From Vezdaea acicularis (lineage: Eukaryota): 64,000 nt of DNA. The notes beneath the pieces were generated by a model. That model was not told where the DNA came from. It searched no databases and was given only the letters and a program-made list of their open reading frames with translations. Below, one piece after another: positions 63,631-64,000 of this stretch (position 1 is its first letter; every line of letters starts with the position of its first letter). A program made the position numbers and the translations under genes. The stretch covers positions 62,001-126,000 of the forward strand of contig JAPEUI010000005.1 of NCBI GenBank assembly GCA_026025075.1, given 5' to 3'.

Positions 63631-64000
63631 CTAACAAACGACCCCCCTCCCCCCAACCTCCCACCCATCCCCCTCCTCAAACTCCACCTCCACCTCCACC
63701 CTCCTCATCTCCGCAATATCCTTCTTCTCCCAAAAGGCCTCGAAGCCCTTGATCAAGCGATCCGCCATGGCCCCCACCTCCTCCTCGCCAACAGCCGCAA
63801 AGCAGACACGGAAGAACGACCAGCCGAGCCTTCTCTGCTGCTGGGTTGGACAAAAGATGGTTCCGGGCGCGACGAGCACTTTCCACGGGTTGGCCGTGAG
63901 ATGCACCCACAGAGCGCGCGCGAGCGTCTGCTGCGGCACGAGCCCGTACAGCGGGTGTGAAGACAAGTTCAGGCGTAGCCAGACGAACATCCCGCCCAAA
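63631..64000 (-). CDS. C-terminal part of a class I PLP-dependent aromatic amino acid aminotransferase (Aro8/Aro9-like); 5' end outside the window
   Basis: GGMFVWLR, VLVAPGTIF, FFRVCFAAV (carboxylate-binding Arg motif). The catalytic Lys region is not in the window. Confidence 0.75.
   Translation of the reverse strand, partial: LGGMFVWLRLNLSSHPLYGLVPQQTLARALWVHLTANPWKVLVAPGTIFCPTQQQRRLGWSFFRVCFAAVGEEEVGAMADRLIKGFEAFWEKKDIAEMRRVEVEVEFEEGDGWEVGGRGVVC

Overview
Gene-dense, intron-rich genomic DNA from a filamentous ascomycete (Pezizomycotina). Introns are mostly 40-200 nt GT-AG with CTRAC/CTAAT branch points. A lichen-former (Lecanoromycetes) is my guess from one secreted-protein motif, but this is unverified. 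About 22 protein-coding genes were reconstructed by hand. In order: Ubp15/USP7 (truncated at left), a PDK/BCKDK-family kinase, a Cys-rich secreted orphan, a PAQR/IZH receptor, an unnamed fungal membrane protein, an intronless Pol-beta-like nucleotidyltransferase candidate, a GT15 mannosyltransferase, Cox6 (Va), an ELO elongase, a Ser/Pro-rich protein, a head-to-head FAL1 (eIF4AIII)/PRP9 (SF3A3) pair, a heme-less sulfite oxidase, a six-hairpin glycosidase-like protein, a MAPEG protein, a small acidic orphan, an AA11 LPMO, a DUF3433 protein, RPL4, a Zn2Cys6 factor behind an ~8.3 kb gene-free tract, a DUF1996 secreted protein and an aromatic aminotransferase (truncated at right). No tRNA, rRNA, CRISPR or transposon was recognised, and I see no convincing multi-gene novel system. 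The best leads are the uncharacterised nucleotidyltransferase-fold gene, the two-domain Cys-rich secreted protein, a hidden stop-containing cassette exon in a 543-nt intron, a probable GC-AG intron and the co-promoted splicing-factor pair. Family names come from motif recognition, not database searches.
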